The notes beneath the pieces are model-generated. The model made no database searches, had not been told where the DNA came from, and saw only the letters and a program-made list of their open reading frames with translations. Position numbers and translations under genes: made by a program. Below, piece after piece: positions 1 to 21,619 of a stretch of DNA of 64,000 bases. Position 1 is the first letter of the stretch, and each line of letters opens with the position of its first letter. Source of the DNA: Adineta vaga (taxonomy: Eukaryota; Animalia; Rotifera). Location: contig CP075495.1 in the NCBI GenBank assembly GCA_021613535.1, positions 14,508,001 through 14,572,000 of the forward strand. Reading direction: 5' to 3'.

Positions 1-1
1 A

Positions 2-316
2 TCAGCCAAAAAATTATTTCGTGCAAAACGTATTCAACATGTAATTCTCGAATATACGGCATGGTGGACTGATCGTGCAGCACAAAAAGATGTCATTCCA
101 TATTTACAAAAAACTCTTGGTGCAAAAGGATTATATGCATTAGAACGATTAGGTCGAATCATATATGGACCATTGAATACACAAGCAGTAAGACATTTCT
201 ATGATTATCATGTTAATATACGTCTGCAAACTGATATCTATGCAAAATTTATTGAAACAAATGGAAGTTCTACATTTAATGCAGAGCCCTACTATCTTGG
301 AGTATCACGTGCTTAA
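2..316 (+). CDS. 3' end of a probable FkbM-family SAM-dependent methyltransferase (truncated by the window edge)
   Basis: The frame from position 2 is open to TAA at 314-316: SAKKLFRAKRIQHVILEYTAWW...LQTDIYAKF...GVSRA*. 'SAKKLF...IQHVILEY' resembles the FkbM/Methyltransf_21 segment after the KIDVEG motif. AATAAA follows at ~419. Confidence 0.55.
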   Translation, partial: SAKKLFRAKRIQHVILEYTAWWTDRAAQKDVIPYLQKTLGAKGLYALERLGRIIYGPLNTQAVRHFYDYHVNIRLQTDIYAKFIETNGSSTFNAEPYYLGVSRA

Positions 317-618
317 AAATTTGTTTTTTTTTGACACAAATGGACATGTTAGAATCAATTTCATATAAAATGCATTCTCTTGTTTTCAACGTTCGATACT
401 TATTTTATCAAAATATTCAATAAAGAAGATAATATTTATTCTAAAACTTTTTTCTTTGCCTTTATTAAACCTTATTATTATGTCATAGTATAAAGAAGAA
501 AATAGGGTGATAAGCAAACAGCTACACAAAATGATTAAAAAGAACGATATAGACACCTAATATTCAGCTAGTTCGAATAGATTCACTTTTTTTTTATTGA
601 TAATTTTGTGCATTTGTT

Positions 619-8601
<7,983 letters not shown>

Positions 8602-8753
8602 GATTATTGTTTTAAATCAATGAAATGTTCAATACACAATACAATCTAATGATAGATAAAGATAAGTTATAAGTTCAGTTAATTATCATCAATACCTAAT
8701 AGTACGACGAGCGAAGAATGCGTGTGTACAAACAGTTCTTTGTTGTATTAGCG

Positions 8754-8765
8754 TCTATTTATATA
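8754..8765 (-). promoter_or_regulatory. Probable TATA box of the myosin gene, upstream of a non-coding first exon
   Basis: Minus strand TATATAAATAG lies ~60 nt upstream of a donor site (tag|gtattg, ~8695) that precedes the ATG exon. Confidence 0.5.
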
Positions 8766-11182
8766 CTCTCTGAAAGAAGAGAAAGAGAGAAATAAGAGAA
8801 GGAAATAGTTCTATTCTTGTATCAGTAACTTTCCACCCCCAACATTTTCTCTTAGGGAGCAACAATTCGGGAATTCTTCAGAATGATTTGGTAATCAGTA
8901 GTGTACATAAACTCAGTAGTTGGTTGGATAGAATATGAGAAGGAGAGAGATCGGCATTTCATGTATTCCATTAATAGATAATAATACTACTAGAAGTTAG
9001 TCTAACGTCAAAATGTCCAAAATAGTTTCTTTCGACCAATTGTATTTCTTTTTTGTTTTCTTGAAGTTATTTTGCACCGAGAACGATCAAATGAATTGTA
9101 TACATATATGGAATATAAGAAGAAGAAGAAAAAGGAAGATATTTTACTCTCTTATTCCCAAACGACTCTTAAGTAGAACATCGATTTAACATTCTATGAG
9201 ATAATAGATTCGATACTCATCAATATAAACAAACATAAAGTATATATCAAAAGATATAATTAAAAGAACTATTCGATTTCTATGATAATTTACATTTGAT
9301 AGAAGATTTGTTACAAAGATTTCTATTTATGAAAATATGTTAAGCGTGAAATAAATCTGTCATGATAATAGTCTTACAATAGATGAGATTATGAAGAAGA
9401 TAATTCTATTGACATTATCTCTTAATTCAATAGATAGAAAACTTTATATAAAAATTAATTAGAGATTTCTATAAAACGATAATCAATTGATATATTATCC
9501 AGAAAGGTTACAAACAAAATGATATAATTACAACCTTCTGGAGTTTTTTTATTTCAATTAGTCGAATGTATTACTAAGCAATGACTATCTTTTCCATCTG
9601 GTTATTGACTAACTAAATCTGATTAAAACATCGAGACGAATATGGTTCATATCAACAGAAGAAATGTTTATAGACACATTGTGCATAATTCTTCTTTTAA
9701 GTGCTAGTAAAGAAAATATCATTAACGACAGAAAAAACTTCTCTCTCTCTCTCTCTCTTTCTAGTAATTATCTATACTAAGTAGTCGACAATGTCACAAC
9801 ATTTTTCGGCGTATATTGATGTTTTTACATGGTTGTTTCTTGATTAACTCTTTTGTTTGTTAAAGATATGATCCTGTCGATCTTTTTCTCTCCTTCTTTT
9901 CATGCAGCTGTTCACTGAGGCTAAATATGGAACTATAAGATAATACACTGGTTATATAGAGATTTAATGCATGGAAGAAATCTTGTTAATGATACTGTTT
10001 ATTGATAATTATCATCGTTCGTTAATCTAGAAAATAGAATTCGACATTATGCTCCTATCAACATGTATGTATATATATAGAGAAAAACTGATCGATCTGT
10101 CGTTACATTCGTTATAAGAATGAAGAAATAGTTCTATACGTAACATTTAGATCTTTCGAACACGAAGCTGATTTATTACAAATAACTTCATCATCAATCT
10201 TCGACAAAGATAAATATCAGATACAGAATTTCATAATGATCTGTCATTATAAATTATTGTGAACGAAAGAATAACTGACATTCTTATTAAATATCACTAT
10301 CTATTTTTAGTTCGCGATCTTTTATTTGTTTTACAATACTTTATTAAATTATTCATTTCAATAACTAATTACAATCGATATGATACATAAATGTTTGTTA
10401 TGTCAAAGCCTTGAGACAACTGACACTTTAAACCACAAAATCAAGTAAATCATATCTTGAGAATGAATAGCAACTGTTCTCTCTAGGTCCGAAAAGCAAG
10501 TTTCTCAAAGGCCTTGTCAACTACGTGATAGTACAGTGTCAATGTCTAAAATCTATCTGTAAAACAACACAATTGTATTAGCTATCCATGTCCAACCACT
10601 ATGGAATTGTTTGATGAATAATGAGATGTCTAGAATATGATAGATGTTTCCCATCAGCCTCATCTGTATGAGAAAGAAGGAGTAGACAACAATTAATATT
10701 GTTGATAAATTTCTGTTATTTTTTTTTCTTCTTCTTCGGAAAGATCGTCGTATTGATGTCAGACAAATGAAAAGAACGTATCAGTCAACAATCCATTAAA
10801 ATATCATATACTAAAAGTAAATCGAATAGTTTGATTGATTAATCTTAGAATATATATATATATATACAAATCATATGAAATCGATCTTCAATGAATAAAT
10901 ACCAATCATTTGTATTTCACATGTAAAAGAATCATGTTCATCATAAGTCATCTTTCATCTGTTTTGTTGTTGTTGTTGTTGTTGTTTATCATTAAATAAC
11001 TTTTTCAGATGATAAATCTTCTCACATTTACAATATAATTTATCAATGTCAGATCTTTCCAGAATATTTTACAAATGTATATAAGAACAAATCTTCGTCG
11101 AAAACAGAAATATTTATTTAAAAAAATCTGATTTGTGTTTTATTACTATACAAAAAAGAATCAAATAGTCAAATCTGTTCGA

Positions 11183-14100
11183 TTATCTTCCATCTTCATC
11201 ACTTCCATCGACATTCATTTCGACAAGAAAACCTTCACTAAGACTTTTACATTTCGTGATAAAATAAGGTAATTGATTAAAAATTTGTTCTTCACGAACG
11301 ATAACTTCTGATGATGATGATGACGATCCTGTTTGATAACTTTCATGATAACCATGATCACAACTAATATCATCCGATTTCTCTTTTTCATAATAATGAC
11401 TATCAATTGGTATATGAAGAATTTTATATGTATCAGATTGAGGTGATGAACTATTCACTAAACAAAAAAACATTTGTAGAGAAATAAATTCAAATACAAT
11501 GTAGAAATTACTTACGAGATGAATGTGGATTGACTAACGATCGTTCCGACCAATAAGTTAACTAGAAAATAATCAATAGAATTTGTCGAAAAACAAAATA
11601 AATTGAATCTTACTTGATTAGTTGATGATGATGTATCTGTTGAATTTGATGTTGTTAATTGTTGTGATGATGAACATAGAAGTTTATTTCGTGAAATAAT
11701 TCGTGTTTTTTGACGTCGACGATGTTGTCGAATTAAGAGACAAATGATTAAGATTGAAATTAAAAATATAAATGTCATTGATAAAATAATAATAGTAAAT
11801 ATGAAGATAAAATCATTTCTTCGAGATGATTTTTCATGAAAATAATGTTGAATCTTGTCAAATGATGAATAACGTGATTCGAATGAATTACCAAATGCAA
11901 TCATAATTTGAATAAATGTTTGTTGAGATGGTGAACCGTAATCTTCGAGAAGAATTCGAAGTGTAAAGAATGAGATTTGAGTTATTTCAGATAAAATTTC
12001 TACTCGTCCATTTTGATCAATTTGAAACAAAGTTTCATTTATTGATAAAGGAATATTTGTATCAATAGATTGAAGATAATATTTAATCTTTCCATTCATT
12101 CCCGAATCTTGATCAGTAATATTTAATTGAATGAATTGATTTTTCGTTGATTTGTTTATATCGAAGAAAAGTTTTGTTTGATTCATATCGATTAATTCTG
12201 GTCGATTGTCATTGATATCTTCGAGAAGAATTTCTAATCGACAAGCATTTTTATTCGTATTTTTTATTCTTAAACCATTATCTTCTAAATTAATTGTTAA
12301 ATAGAAATGTTTGAATTCGGACTCATAATCAAAGATTTCTTTTGAATAAATTTCACCAGTTTTTTCATTGATTTCAAATGGCCATGAAGAATTACTTTGA
12401 ATTTTATAACTAATTGTACCATTTATACCTTGATCAGGATCAGTTCCATTAATTTTTATAATTGAATGATCAATAGGAAAGTTTTCCGGAATCGTTATTC
12501 GAGAAGATATTGATGAACAACGAGGAATATTATCATTAACATCCAAACTAAAAGAAAACAAATAATAAAAACATAATCAATTCATTGAACTTACATGATG
12601 AGATGAATTTCAACATCTGTACTCCATTTAGGTTCGGCAACATTGATCGCTTTGGCTTTTAATTCAATTTTATCAATTCGTTCTCGATCAATCGGTTGAA
12701 TAAGATATAATCGTCCTGTTTTCGAATCAAGTTTAACTAAAGAATGTGATTCTAATTCATATGTATTCAAAGCATTGATTCCTTGATCACGATCGATAGC
12801 ATTTAAAGATCCAATTGTATATTGATAATCTTCTATTGGATGATCAATCATTTGATAATTTGCTAATTCTTCAATATAAAAAACCAAAGGATTTGATGAA
12901 AATTCACTTGGATTATCATTTAAATCGATAAGATGAATTTTTAAATCATAAATCGAAGTTAAAACATTATCTGTTGCAATAAATCGAAGATTAATTTCAT
13001 CTTGAATTTCACGATCAAATATTCCTTCTCTAACAATTAAAATATAAGAATTTAATTGATTTGATGGAACGATTTCATAGCTTTGTTTAGAGATTTGTTC
13101 CGAAGCCATCAATGAAATGGAAAGTTTCGTTGGAATTGAATCTCGATCGACTAAACGAATATAACCTAATGTTAAATTATGTATGGGAATATTTTCTTCA
13201 ATGAATAATGTTTGATTTTCATATTGAAATTGTCGATTAGCAACGAAAAGTATTTCAACAGGGCAATCATTAACATCGGCAATGGAAATTGATAACCAAG
13301 TATCAGTAAATAAGACTTGTGATACACCGGAATCCGATGCACGAATTAAAAATCGATAGGAACGTGTTGTTTCATAGTCCAATGATGAATGAAGAGTAAT
13401 GACACCTGTTTTTGAATTGATTACAAATGGAAAAGATGAAATACTTGGAAGATTAATAATTGAATAATGTATTAAACCATTTAGACCTTTATCAGGATCA
13501 CTCGCCGATATTCTTAAAAGTTCACTACCAACTGGAGTATTTTCTGGTAAAGACTAAACAAAAAAAACTCAATGAAGATTTTAATCGTTCCATTGACTAT
13601 GAAACTTACTTGAATTGTATATTCCGTTTGATTAAATTTTGGTGCATTATCATTTTCATCAAGAATTTCAATCATAATCTTTGTACGATTCAATCTTGCT
13701 TGTGGATATCCTTGATCACGTCCTTCAATAATTAATTCATATTTTTCCGTTCGTTCTCGATCTAACGCACGTTTTACAATGCCATAAATCGCATATTCAT
13801 TCATGGATAAAGAAATCACATCTAATTGAAAATCATCTTCATTATTAAGTAATCGAAATGATAATTTGCTATTTAAACCCGAATCATAATCGATCGCACG
13901 TGCAATAGGAAATCGATGTTGAATTTGTATTGATTCCGACAATGATATATTCGTTTGTATATCAAAAAATTCACATGTATGATCATTAATATCATTGATT
14001 GTAATATTAATTGTTGCAAATCTTGGCATTTGATTTTGATTGGTAAATAATTCTAATATAAATGAACAAGATTCACATGAACAAAGATTTTCTGAACACC

Positions 14101-14308
14101 AATGATCACGATCGATTAATTTTGTTAGAATTAAATCTTGATTATTATTTGTTAAATTAAAATTCGATTGAAAATTATTGATTAATTCATATGATTCAGG
14201 AAAATGAAAAATTCCTTTATCAATCGAAGATTTTTCATCGATTATTAACGAATAATCCGATGTTTGAACAATTGATATAAGAGAAAAAATATAGATTAAA
14301 TAAATCAT
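11183..14308 (-). CDS. Protocadherin (delta-like, 7 EC repeats), 5 coding exons
   Basis: Signal peptide. EC1 has the Cys motif DRDHWC...CSCESC. Linker motifs DINDH, DENDN, DVNDC, DLNDN, DVNDN, DINDN, plus LDRE/LDYE and AxDxD motifs. TM helix FIFIFTIIILSMTFIFLISILIICLLI followed by a basic stop-transfer. Exons approx. 14308-13610, 13553-12595, 12547-11614, 11561-11516, 11458-11183. Confidence 0.92.
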
Positions 14309-17300
14309 CTAGAAACAAACAAACAAGTAAAGATAATATCATATATAAACAAACTGACTTCACCGTTCTTCTTTATTTCTTCTCTCACAAAACATACCTT
14401 CAGGCTTATTGATTTCCGTCAATATGAATTTTAACGAAAAAAAAAGACGACGACTAAATCAACCGCTCTCATCTCTTGATAATAGAAACATTACTTCAAA
14501 TGATCAATATAACCGTTTGAATGTATCTCTGTTTTGTGTTAAAACAATATTTGCACCTCGTCATCATATCGAATAGAAATCGTTAAAAGTTTTCAACAAA
14601 AAAAAAAGAAATTCTAATTGATCATATAAAGATATGATCGAACGGAAGTTATTTCCTCATGACATCCGCATCTATTCATTGATGATTAGATTATTAACAA
14701 TAGTATCATGACATGAACCTTAAGGTTGTAATTATCGAAAAGACGATATGTACATAGAGATGTGAAAGGAGGAGTAGAGAATAGAAATGAAACAAAAGTT
14801 AAACGATCATCAATGAATTGGAGAAAAAAAATTCGTTCAATTAAATAATCTAAGGTTTCAATGCATTATTCATTTTGAATTAGATTTCTATCATTGTTAG
14901 TTAAGATGAGTGACTATTATTGAAGAAATTGATGAAGACATAAAATTCTTCAAGTTTTTATCTACGCAAAAGATAAAGAAAAGAATTTTTGTATGTTTCT
15001 ATTTCGATGAATGTGAAAATGAGTTTGTCAATAAATGAACTATATTCTTCTACATAGCTGCTAATTGATATTATCTCTCGTTATACGAATTGATTTGCAT
15101 ATTTTCAATTGACATTGAATACGATGTGTCGGTGTGAGTTACTTGAAATTCCAAACGTGCTACTATTATCTAGTACGATTCATCTTAATCATGCCGATCA
15201 CAATCAAGTGTCAATTTATGGATCGATATTTCAATTTCCTCGAAATCATCGAAAAGGTCATTCACATCAGGAAAATGTAAATGTACATTGATGTTCATCA
15301 TTCAACAGATAGTTTCATCTGACAGATGATATAGACCAGACAATATTTTGTTCAATACTCGTTGCTGCACTCTAGCTACTTACTGACTTACTTTTCGTTG
15401 TTTTTTCAAAATGTGTGATAATGAGTCTATCGTGAACAATTGTAAAGAGGTTCATATACTTCTTCATTGAAAATGAAGGAGAGCCTTTCATATTCATCAC
15501 TCTACTTATTCTACCAGACGAATATAAGTCTTCTTTAAAGTAATACATTGAACAGTTCAAATATCTTTGTTTGTCTTTCTAACTACATAGAATAAAGTTT
15601 ATGTTTAGACAAGGTGAACTACACTGGCCTTCTAATGACTGATTATGAACATGTCTTACCTTATTCTTGATCAGCAACATATCGCTGATGTTCTTCATTA
15701 ATATATATATATATCGGTTGTGTACATAGCAAATATGTATATAAAGAAGGAAGAAGGTTATTTCTCTTTCTCTCTGTCTCTGTCTCTCTCTCTCTCTGTT
15801 TCTCTTTCCTTGGCTAAATGGATGAAATGACCAATGGGCAATCGAAAACAGATGGTAAATGATGAACAAATAATGAAGAGCAAAGATATGATGATTGCAT
15901 CATGGAGTGTACATGAAAATGTTGTTTTGGACTCAATTAGAAGATATCGATTGTACGAATTCTTCATTCAAGGATCCAGCTGATTAGATTCCTTTTAAAC
16001 TTCATCTGTAGCAGATTGTAAACTTTGTTATTCTTTCTTCTCACTCCACTTTATGTCAATCATCGTCGCTCTTTATCGTTCTAATACGCAAGTAATTAGA
16101 GCAGAGAAAATATACGTATATATATATATGTCCGAACACCTACTTGTCTCAATGAAATCGAAACAAAAGAAAGACACAGACACAAACCTTGAAGATCGTT
16201 CATATATGTACATTGGCCTTCAGGTGTTAATAAAGTGTTCAAAATGAGAAAGAAAGAGTTGAAAGGTGTGAAATGAAGCTGATGCACAATTCAGATTTTG
16301 TCATTTTTATAAGACGATACTTTTTCAATCATCATCATCATCGTCACAATTGGCTCATCCACTCAAACAATTTTGTCAATATGTTTGACAAATCTCAAGT
16401 TGTTGAACCAATTTTGATTTAAACGAATACAAATTGATAAAGTATCCGTGAATGTGATCTATATTGGATACGGTCTAATTTCTCTCAATTAGATAGAGAA
16501 GATAAACATTATTCTAAGTAAAATAGAAATCAAATATCATCGTTCGAAGAAAGAAAAACAGATCAAAGATGTTTTTGTTATCTTTTTTTTCGAAATACAA
16601 AGAAAAAAACAGATGCATTGCTTATCTCAATCAAACTCAAGATATCGATCGATTGAACAATATCGTTGTTGTTGTTGTTGTTTTGTTCTCAAGAGAGAAA
16701 ATCAGATGAATGCACGTGTCTAGACTCGATCTGGAAGGGACAGCTTCATCCTGTTTTTCTTCCAATCGTATGAATATACAGCAATAGATATCATGCTGAG
16801 TTCAACTAATTTCTTTTTTTCTTCTTCTCTCAAGGCTCTTCTGCCTATCATTTTAATAATAAAACACTTGTCGATTAATGAAAGATAGAAGGAAAGATAA
16901 ACCTGTCTTCTCACCGATATTGTTTTTCGAAAGAAAGAAAGAAAAAGAGTAACGAAGACTCACATTAATGATAAGAAACAAGGTCGAATGACAAAAAAGT
17001 ATGATAATGAAAATTTATTTTCATAATTCTCAATGAGTTTGTAATAGAAAATGAACGTGTAGCTACTTGTTTGATTCGATCTAACGAGACAGTTCGAACT
17101 AATTTGAACGATTATTTCAATTGTACTTTCTCTCTAATTAAACATAAAAAGATGTGTTTTGAGAGTCTCGCTATGCATCTGTTAAAAATGTATGTATGAT
17201 TCGATCTATACAATTGTTTCTCCTGCTATGTCGTGAACGTTGTCAGCACTGCTGGAAACGATGAGAAAGTTATACTGAATCGATCGAACAAATTAACATT

Positions 17301-17479
17301 TTATAAGTCTTAGAAACATGTTTGAATAGAAGTGTAACTATGTTCTATTAACGAATGGTGTTAGTTATGAAATTGCTTTGTTTTTCTTTTGATCTTTTAT
17401 TCTACAATCATTATCATTGTCGAAATATTGTTATATATACATTCCAGTTAGAAGATCAAGATCATTGTGTTTAAATATA

Positions 17480-17920
17480 TCACATTAGAATAGTTCTTAT
17501 ATCTCTCCAAGATTGTCTATCTGATTCTACAACATCATTAGATTCTAATTCGACGACTTGTTTCAATAAATATCCTATTTGATCAGATAAATCGGATGTA
17601 ACATATTGTCGTAAATAAAAGAGTTCATCTCGAGTATAATGTAATCTTGTTGAATTGATTTTCTTCATTGAAGGTATCTCATGTTGTTGACGAAATAATA
17701 ATGATTCAAGTAAAATAGCTGAACCTTCAATATTTTCAGCCATTGATAAAAGTGTTTCATAACATGTTTCGATATTTTCCGGTGAATAGGATAGATTTGA
17801 AAGATGAATAAGTCGAATATTGTCAACCATTTGAGCAATATGTGTACTTAACGATATAAGACGATCGAATTCTTGTTCAAAAACAATCAATGATGATGAT
17901 GAATCAATTCGATTTGTCAT
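17480..17920 (-). CDS. 146-aa orphan helical protein with a canonical eIF4E-binding motif (RLHYTRDELFYLR)
   Basis: Intact ATG-to-TGA ORF with coding-like composition. YxxxxL-phi motif at 17618-17638. Confidence 0.7.
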   Translation of the reverse strand: MTNRIDSSSSLIVFEQEFDRLISLSTHIAQMVDNIRLIHLSNLSYSPENIETCYETLLSMAENIEGSAILLESLLFRQQHEIPSMKKINSTRLHYTRDELFYLRQYVTSDLSDQIGYLLKQVVELESNDVVESDRQSWRDIRTILM

Positions 17921-18187
17921 GATAATTATTCGTAGTTTTATACGAAATTACTTCATAAATCCTTGTAATGACATTAACATATCTTACACGTGTTCGCGTA
18001 AAATGTATTTGTTCTATGTCAACATATATTCTTACCTGGCGACAAGAAAGGAAGAAAGAAAGTTACTATTTGAAAACGAAAAACAAACAACGATTACTTT
18101 TCTTTTTTAAAGATGCTGTAAGATCTGCATCGAATCTTTTTTTTTAATATTTAAATATATAGATAAAAGAAATAGATAGATAAGCAT

Positions 18188-20368
18188 TTAGAAACGAAAT
18201 TTTTTCGAAAGATTTATCGGTGGTAGCGACGGTGATGTTATCATTGTTGATGTCGTTGTATTACTTCGCGATGATTGTCGTCTTGTAGTTAATTTCATAG
18301 AAAGTTTCTCTTTGAAAATTTTCCATAAACGTTTCGAAAATAAAAATCCAAAACAAATAAATACACCCGGAAGAGAATTAATGATTTCAAAGATAATCCA
18401 TGACCATGTTTGACCAATAATCAAAGCAATAACTAATAAAATCCATTGAATACCCATTAATGATGCTAAACGAATATAGACAAATGTTAAATTTGTATCT
18501 TTAACATTCGATGATAGTGTTGTTCTATTCGCTATTTTAGCTATACGATGTGAACGATAGATTTCTAATAGAGTTTTTATAAACAGAATTGCGACAATTA
18601 ATAATATACAACCAATAGGTAGAAGAAAGAAGATAATCATTGCATTTGCTCGAGATATTGAACAAAGAATTGAAGCATAAGCAGGAGAAAATGTTGATTG
18701 AGGAATAGTAAATTGTATTAAACATGCGATTAGAATAATAATTCCAGTTGAACACCAAACAAGTATATTGTAGGAAATTAAATATTGAGTTGTTTTTATT
18801 GATTTTTGTGTTTGAATTGTTTGATGTGAATGAAATGTTGAATGAATATGAATTGATATGATTAATAACCAAACAAATGATGATAAATAAAAATAATGAA
18901 TTAATATTGCTGATGCAAAACAAATGGAATAATATTCCGTTAGATTAGAAGTTGAAATAAATGTTAATTGTCCGATAAATAAAGAAAACGAAAGAAATAA
19001 TAAACATTTACCAGGTAAATTATGTAAAGATGGAATTAACCAAAAGATGATACCGAATAGAAGAAGACATAGAAGAGATATTGTTGTACAAATAATTGAA
19101 AGAACATTTCGATAGGTTGGAAATGAATAGGAATTGATTGATGATGAATATAAACTTGGCCATTGATCAGCACAGAATACAATTCGATTATCACTTATAA
19201 AAACATATTCATCACGAGTTAAAAGTATTCGATGATTGATAAGATATAAACTTCCATTTTGATAATAAATTTTCTCATCATTTTGTGTTGATGTTTGTTT
19301 AGGATGTGTACATGTCATTGATATAATAAATTTATTATCCGAATCACTGATTTGTGTACATTTCTTTTCCGAAAGATCATAAAGTTCATTGATATTTGTA
19401 CAATTATAATTCATTGAATAAATTAGTCGAGGTATAGTATCATTATTTAAATGTTGTTTAAGAAAATTTGGATCAAATAAGATTGATAATGGACGAATAC
19501 GTACTAATGATAATGGTGTTATAGCTGAACGTAAATTCGGATCTAAACAAGTGATTTCATCACTTTCATTTTGATGATTACATTCAGCACAAAAGGAATT
19601 TTCATAGATGATATTTGAATTGGTTTTATAACGATAAGCAATACCAAATGTTGAACAATTTCGTGCGAGATCAATTGGAGTTTCCAATGGACACGTTGGT
19701 GGTAAAGAGCTTTTACAAGGACGAATAAAAACCGATGGTCGACTAGTGCCTCGTTCATGTGGATAATAGATTGTTTTCAAACAATTTCGTGTTAAATTAT
19801 GAATATAATATCGAACTTGTTGCTCATCATTTAAAATTAAATTATCGTTTTCTGTTCCATCTCCATGACATAATGGTCTATATTCCCAAAATTGAATTTC
19901 TTGATTAATATCATTATTACAATAAGCACAATAATAATTTCGATAGGTTATATTTGTTTGAAGACTTGTTACAGGTATGTAAAGAATTGGATTATCGATA
20001 AACAAATCATTGTTGAAATTTCGACATTGTTTTTCAACTGGAGAACCAACATATAGAGGTAAACATTCAGTTTTCATCCAAACAGATAAACGATTAAATG
20101 GAACAATTTTATTTGTTATCGTCGGAAGAAGAAAATCGACACATTCGAAATTTTGTGTTGGTAATTTTCGTTTGCCACAACAATCGCCATATTGTTGACA
20201 AACAGAATCGCAGAAACAATTTCGGTTTTGAATCCATTCTTCATCATTATAGATCAATGGAGATTCAGTCGATTGATTGAAACATGTATCTCGAATTGAA
20301 CATTGTTCATCGATTTGAATTGTCGAAGAAATTTGAAAGAAAAATAGAAAAATAAAATACGAGAACAT
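18188..20368 (-). CDS. Intronless class B (Methuselah-like/adhesion) GPCR with an N-terminal somatomedin-B domain
   Basis: Signal peptide MFSYFIFLFFF. SMB motif RNCFCDSVCQQYGDCC and Cys-rich repeats TYRNYYCAYCN / YENSFCAECN. 7TM_2 motifs LHNLPGKCLLFL, HYFYLSSFVWL, LASLMGIQW, INSLPGVFI. Confidence 0.9.
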   Translation of the reverse strand: MFSYFIFLFFFQISSTIQIDEQCSIRDTCFNQSTESPLIYNDEEWIQNRNCFCDSVCQQYGDCCGKRKLPTQNFECVDFLLPTITNKIVPFNRLSVWMKTECLPLYVGSPVEKQCRNFNNDLFIDNPILYIPVTSLQTNITYRNYYCAYCNNDINQEIQFWEYRPLCHGDGTENDNLILNDEQQVRYYIHNLTRNCLKTIYYPHERGTSRPSVFIRPCKSSLPPTCPLETPIDLARNCSTFGIAYRYKTNSNIIYENSFCAECNHQNESDEITCLDPNLRSAITPLSLVRIRPLSILFDPNFLKQHLNNDTIPRLIYSMNYNCTNINELYDLSEKKCTQISDSDNKFIISMTCTHPKQTSTQNDEKIYYQNGSLYLINHRILLTRDEYVFISDNRIVFCADQWPSLYSSSINSYSFPTYRNVLSIICTTISLLCLLLFGIIFWLIPSLHNLPGKCLLFLSFSLFIGQLTFISTSNLTEYYSICFASAILIHYFYLSSFVWLLIISIHIHSTFHSHQTIQTQKSIKTTQYLISYNILVWCSTGIIILIACLIQFTIPQSTFSPAYASILCSISRANAMIIFFLLPIGCILLIVAILFIKTLLEIYRSHRIAKIANRTTLSSNVKDTNLTFVYIRLASLMGIQWILLVIALIIGQTWSWIIFEIINSLPGVFICFGFLFSKRLWKIFKEKLSMKLTTRRQSSRSNTTTSTMITSPSLPPINLSKKFRF

Positions 20369-21100
20369 TTTACAAAAGATCAAATTTGATCTATGTATGG
20401 ATGTTCCTTTTCGTTTTGTTTTTGAATGTCAATTGACAATGTTCGATAGAAGAAAAAGATTATATTGATTTAACCGCCAACATACTTATTCCTTCAAGGA
20501 TAGAAATGTCATTATTGATCTTACCACTCATCAAATAAATCAGATCTTTGACAAAAAAAAGAAAAATGATTAGAATATATGACAGATGTTTACCAAATCG
20601 ACAATATTGATCATTTTTATTAAGTATATAACAATACATTTACTTATAGAAATGAAATATTGACCGTAAAATCAAGTTATATTCATTATAATGCCTTGTT
20701 CGACAAAAAACATTTACTTTCGATGATAACTTATTTACAGAAAAGGTCATGATATATGCAAGTAGATCATTATTAGAAGTACATTCCTCAAGATTATTCC
20801 GATAATTATCTCATATTCCTCAAAATCTTTCTTATCTCCGAGTAAATTAGAATCTTGCTATCATATCAATTCAATATAATCAAAGGTCTTTATCTCTTTT
20901 TTCCTTTCCTTTCTATGATTACATTCATGATATCGTTAAAAGTCATTCATGATCTTCTTGAATCCTTATATCAATAAAACTAACACGTTGTATTCTACTG
21001 ATAACTTTTCGATTACATTGTTTGTAATAATAGTTGTTTCTTGTTTTTTTTCATATAAAGAAAATGTTCAATACTCAAGTACAGCAAATACGCCTCAATA

Positions 21101-21383
21101 CAGTCTGAAAAGAAAAGGAAATGATTTGATGTATTTTTAATAATTTTTGAAAAAGTGACCTTGACGAACTAATAGATTTGAACAGTCAGTTGGACTTCAT
21201 CTAGAGGGTGTGATTATAAGTTACCACAAGTTTATCACACCCTCAAGCATTTTAGAGTATCATTGCATCATTTATCAACAGAGAAAAGCAAAAAAAGGTA
21301 CTGTTTGTAAATATTCATGGATCTGACCGCTTGATACTTCTTAAAAATGCACACCCGTATCTATTTTCCTTTCTATAAGGCTC
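21101..21383. mobile_element. Old Tc1/mariner-like MITE
   Basis: Begins TA|CAGTCTGAAAAGAAAAGGAAAT...GTATTTTTAATAA, with a degenerate inverted copy at ~21338-21383. Internal hairpin GAGGGTGTGAT...ATCACACCCTC at 21204-21244. Confidence 0.5.
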
Positions 21384-21619
21384 TCAAACAAACGTCCAAA
21401 GCACGTGAAAATCAATCAAATCCATATTCTGAAGTATCACTCTAAATCAACGTCTAGTCGTTCGTCGGCCTCCCTCTGGTCGACCACTTACGACTAGCCG
21501 TTAATACGAACGCCTTCAGTGTTTCATCTACTTTTGATTCATTTCCAAAACGAATAAGTGAATTTCCTTTGGTCTTCTCTTCAAAAGGCACTGACTTTGT
21601 ATTACTATAAAGGTTCGAG

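Noticed and set aside
9499-9541. Short inverted repeat CCAGAAAGGTT...AACCTTCTGG
   Set aside because: A 10-bp stem with a bulge and no TSD or other support; compatible with chance.
8800-11100. Hidden genes in the long AT-rich intergenic stretches (also 14400-17400, 52900-54100, 60200-62000)
   Set aside because: Only short low-complexity ORFs and microsatellites are present, with no coherent exon chains or motifs. These are probably regulatory DNA.
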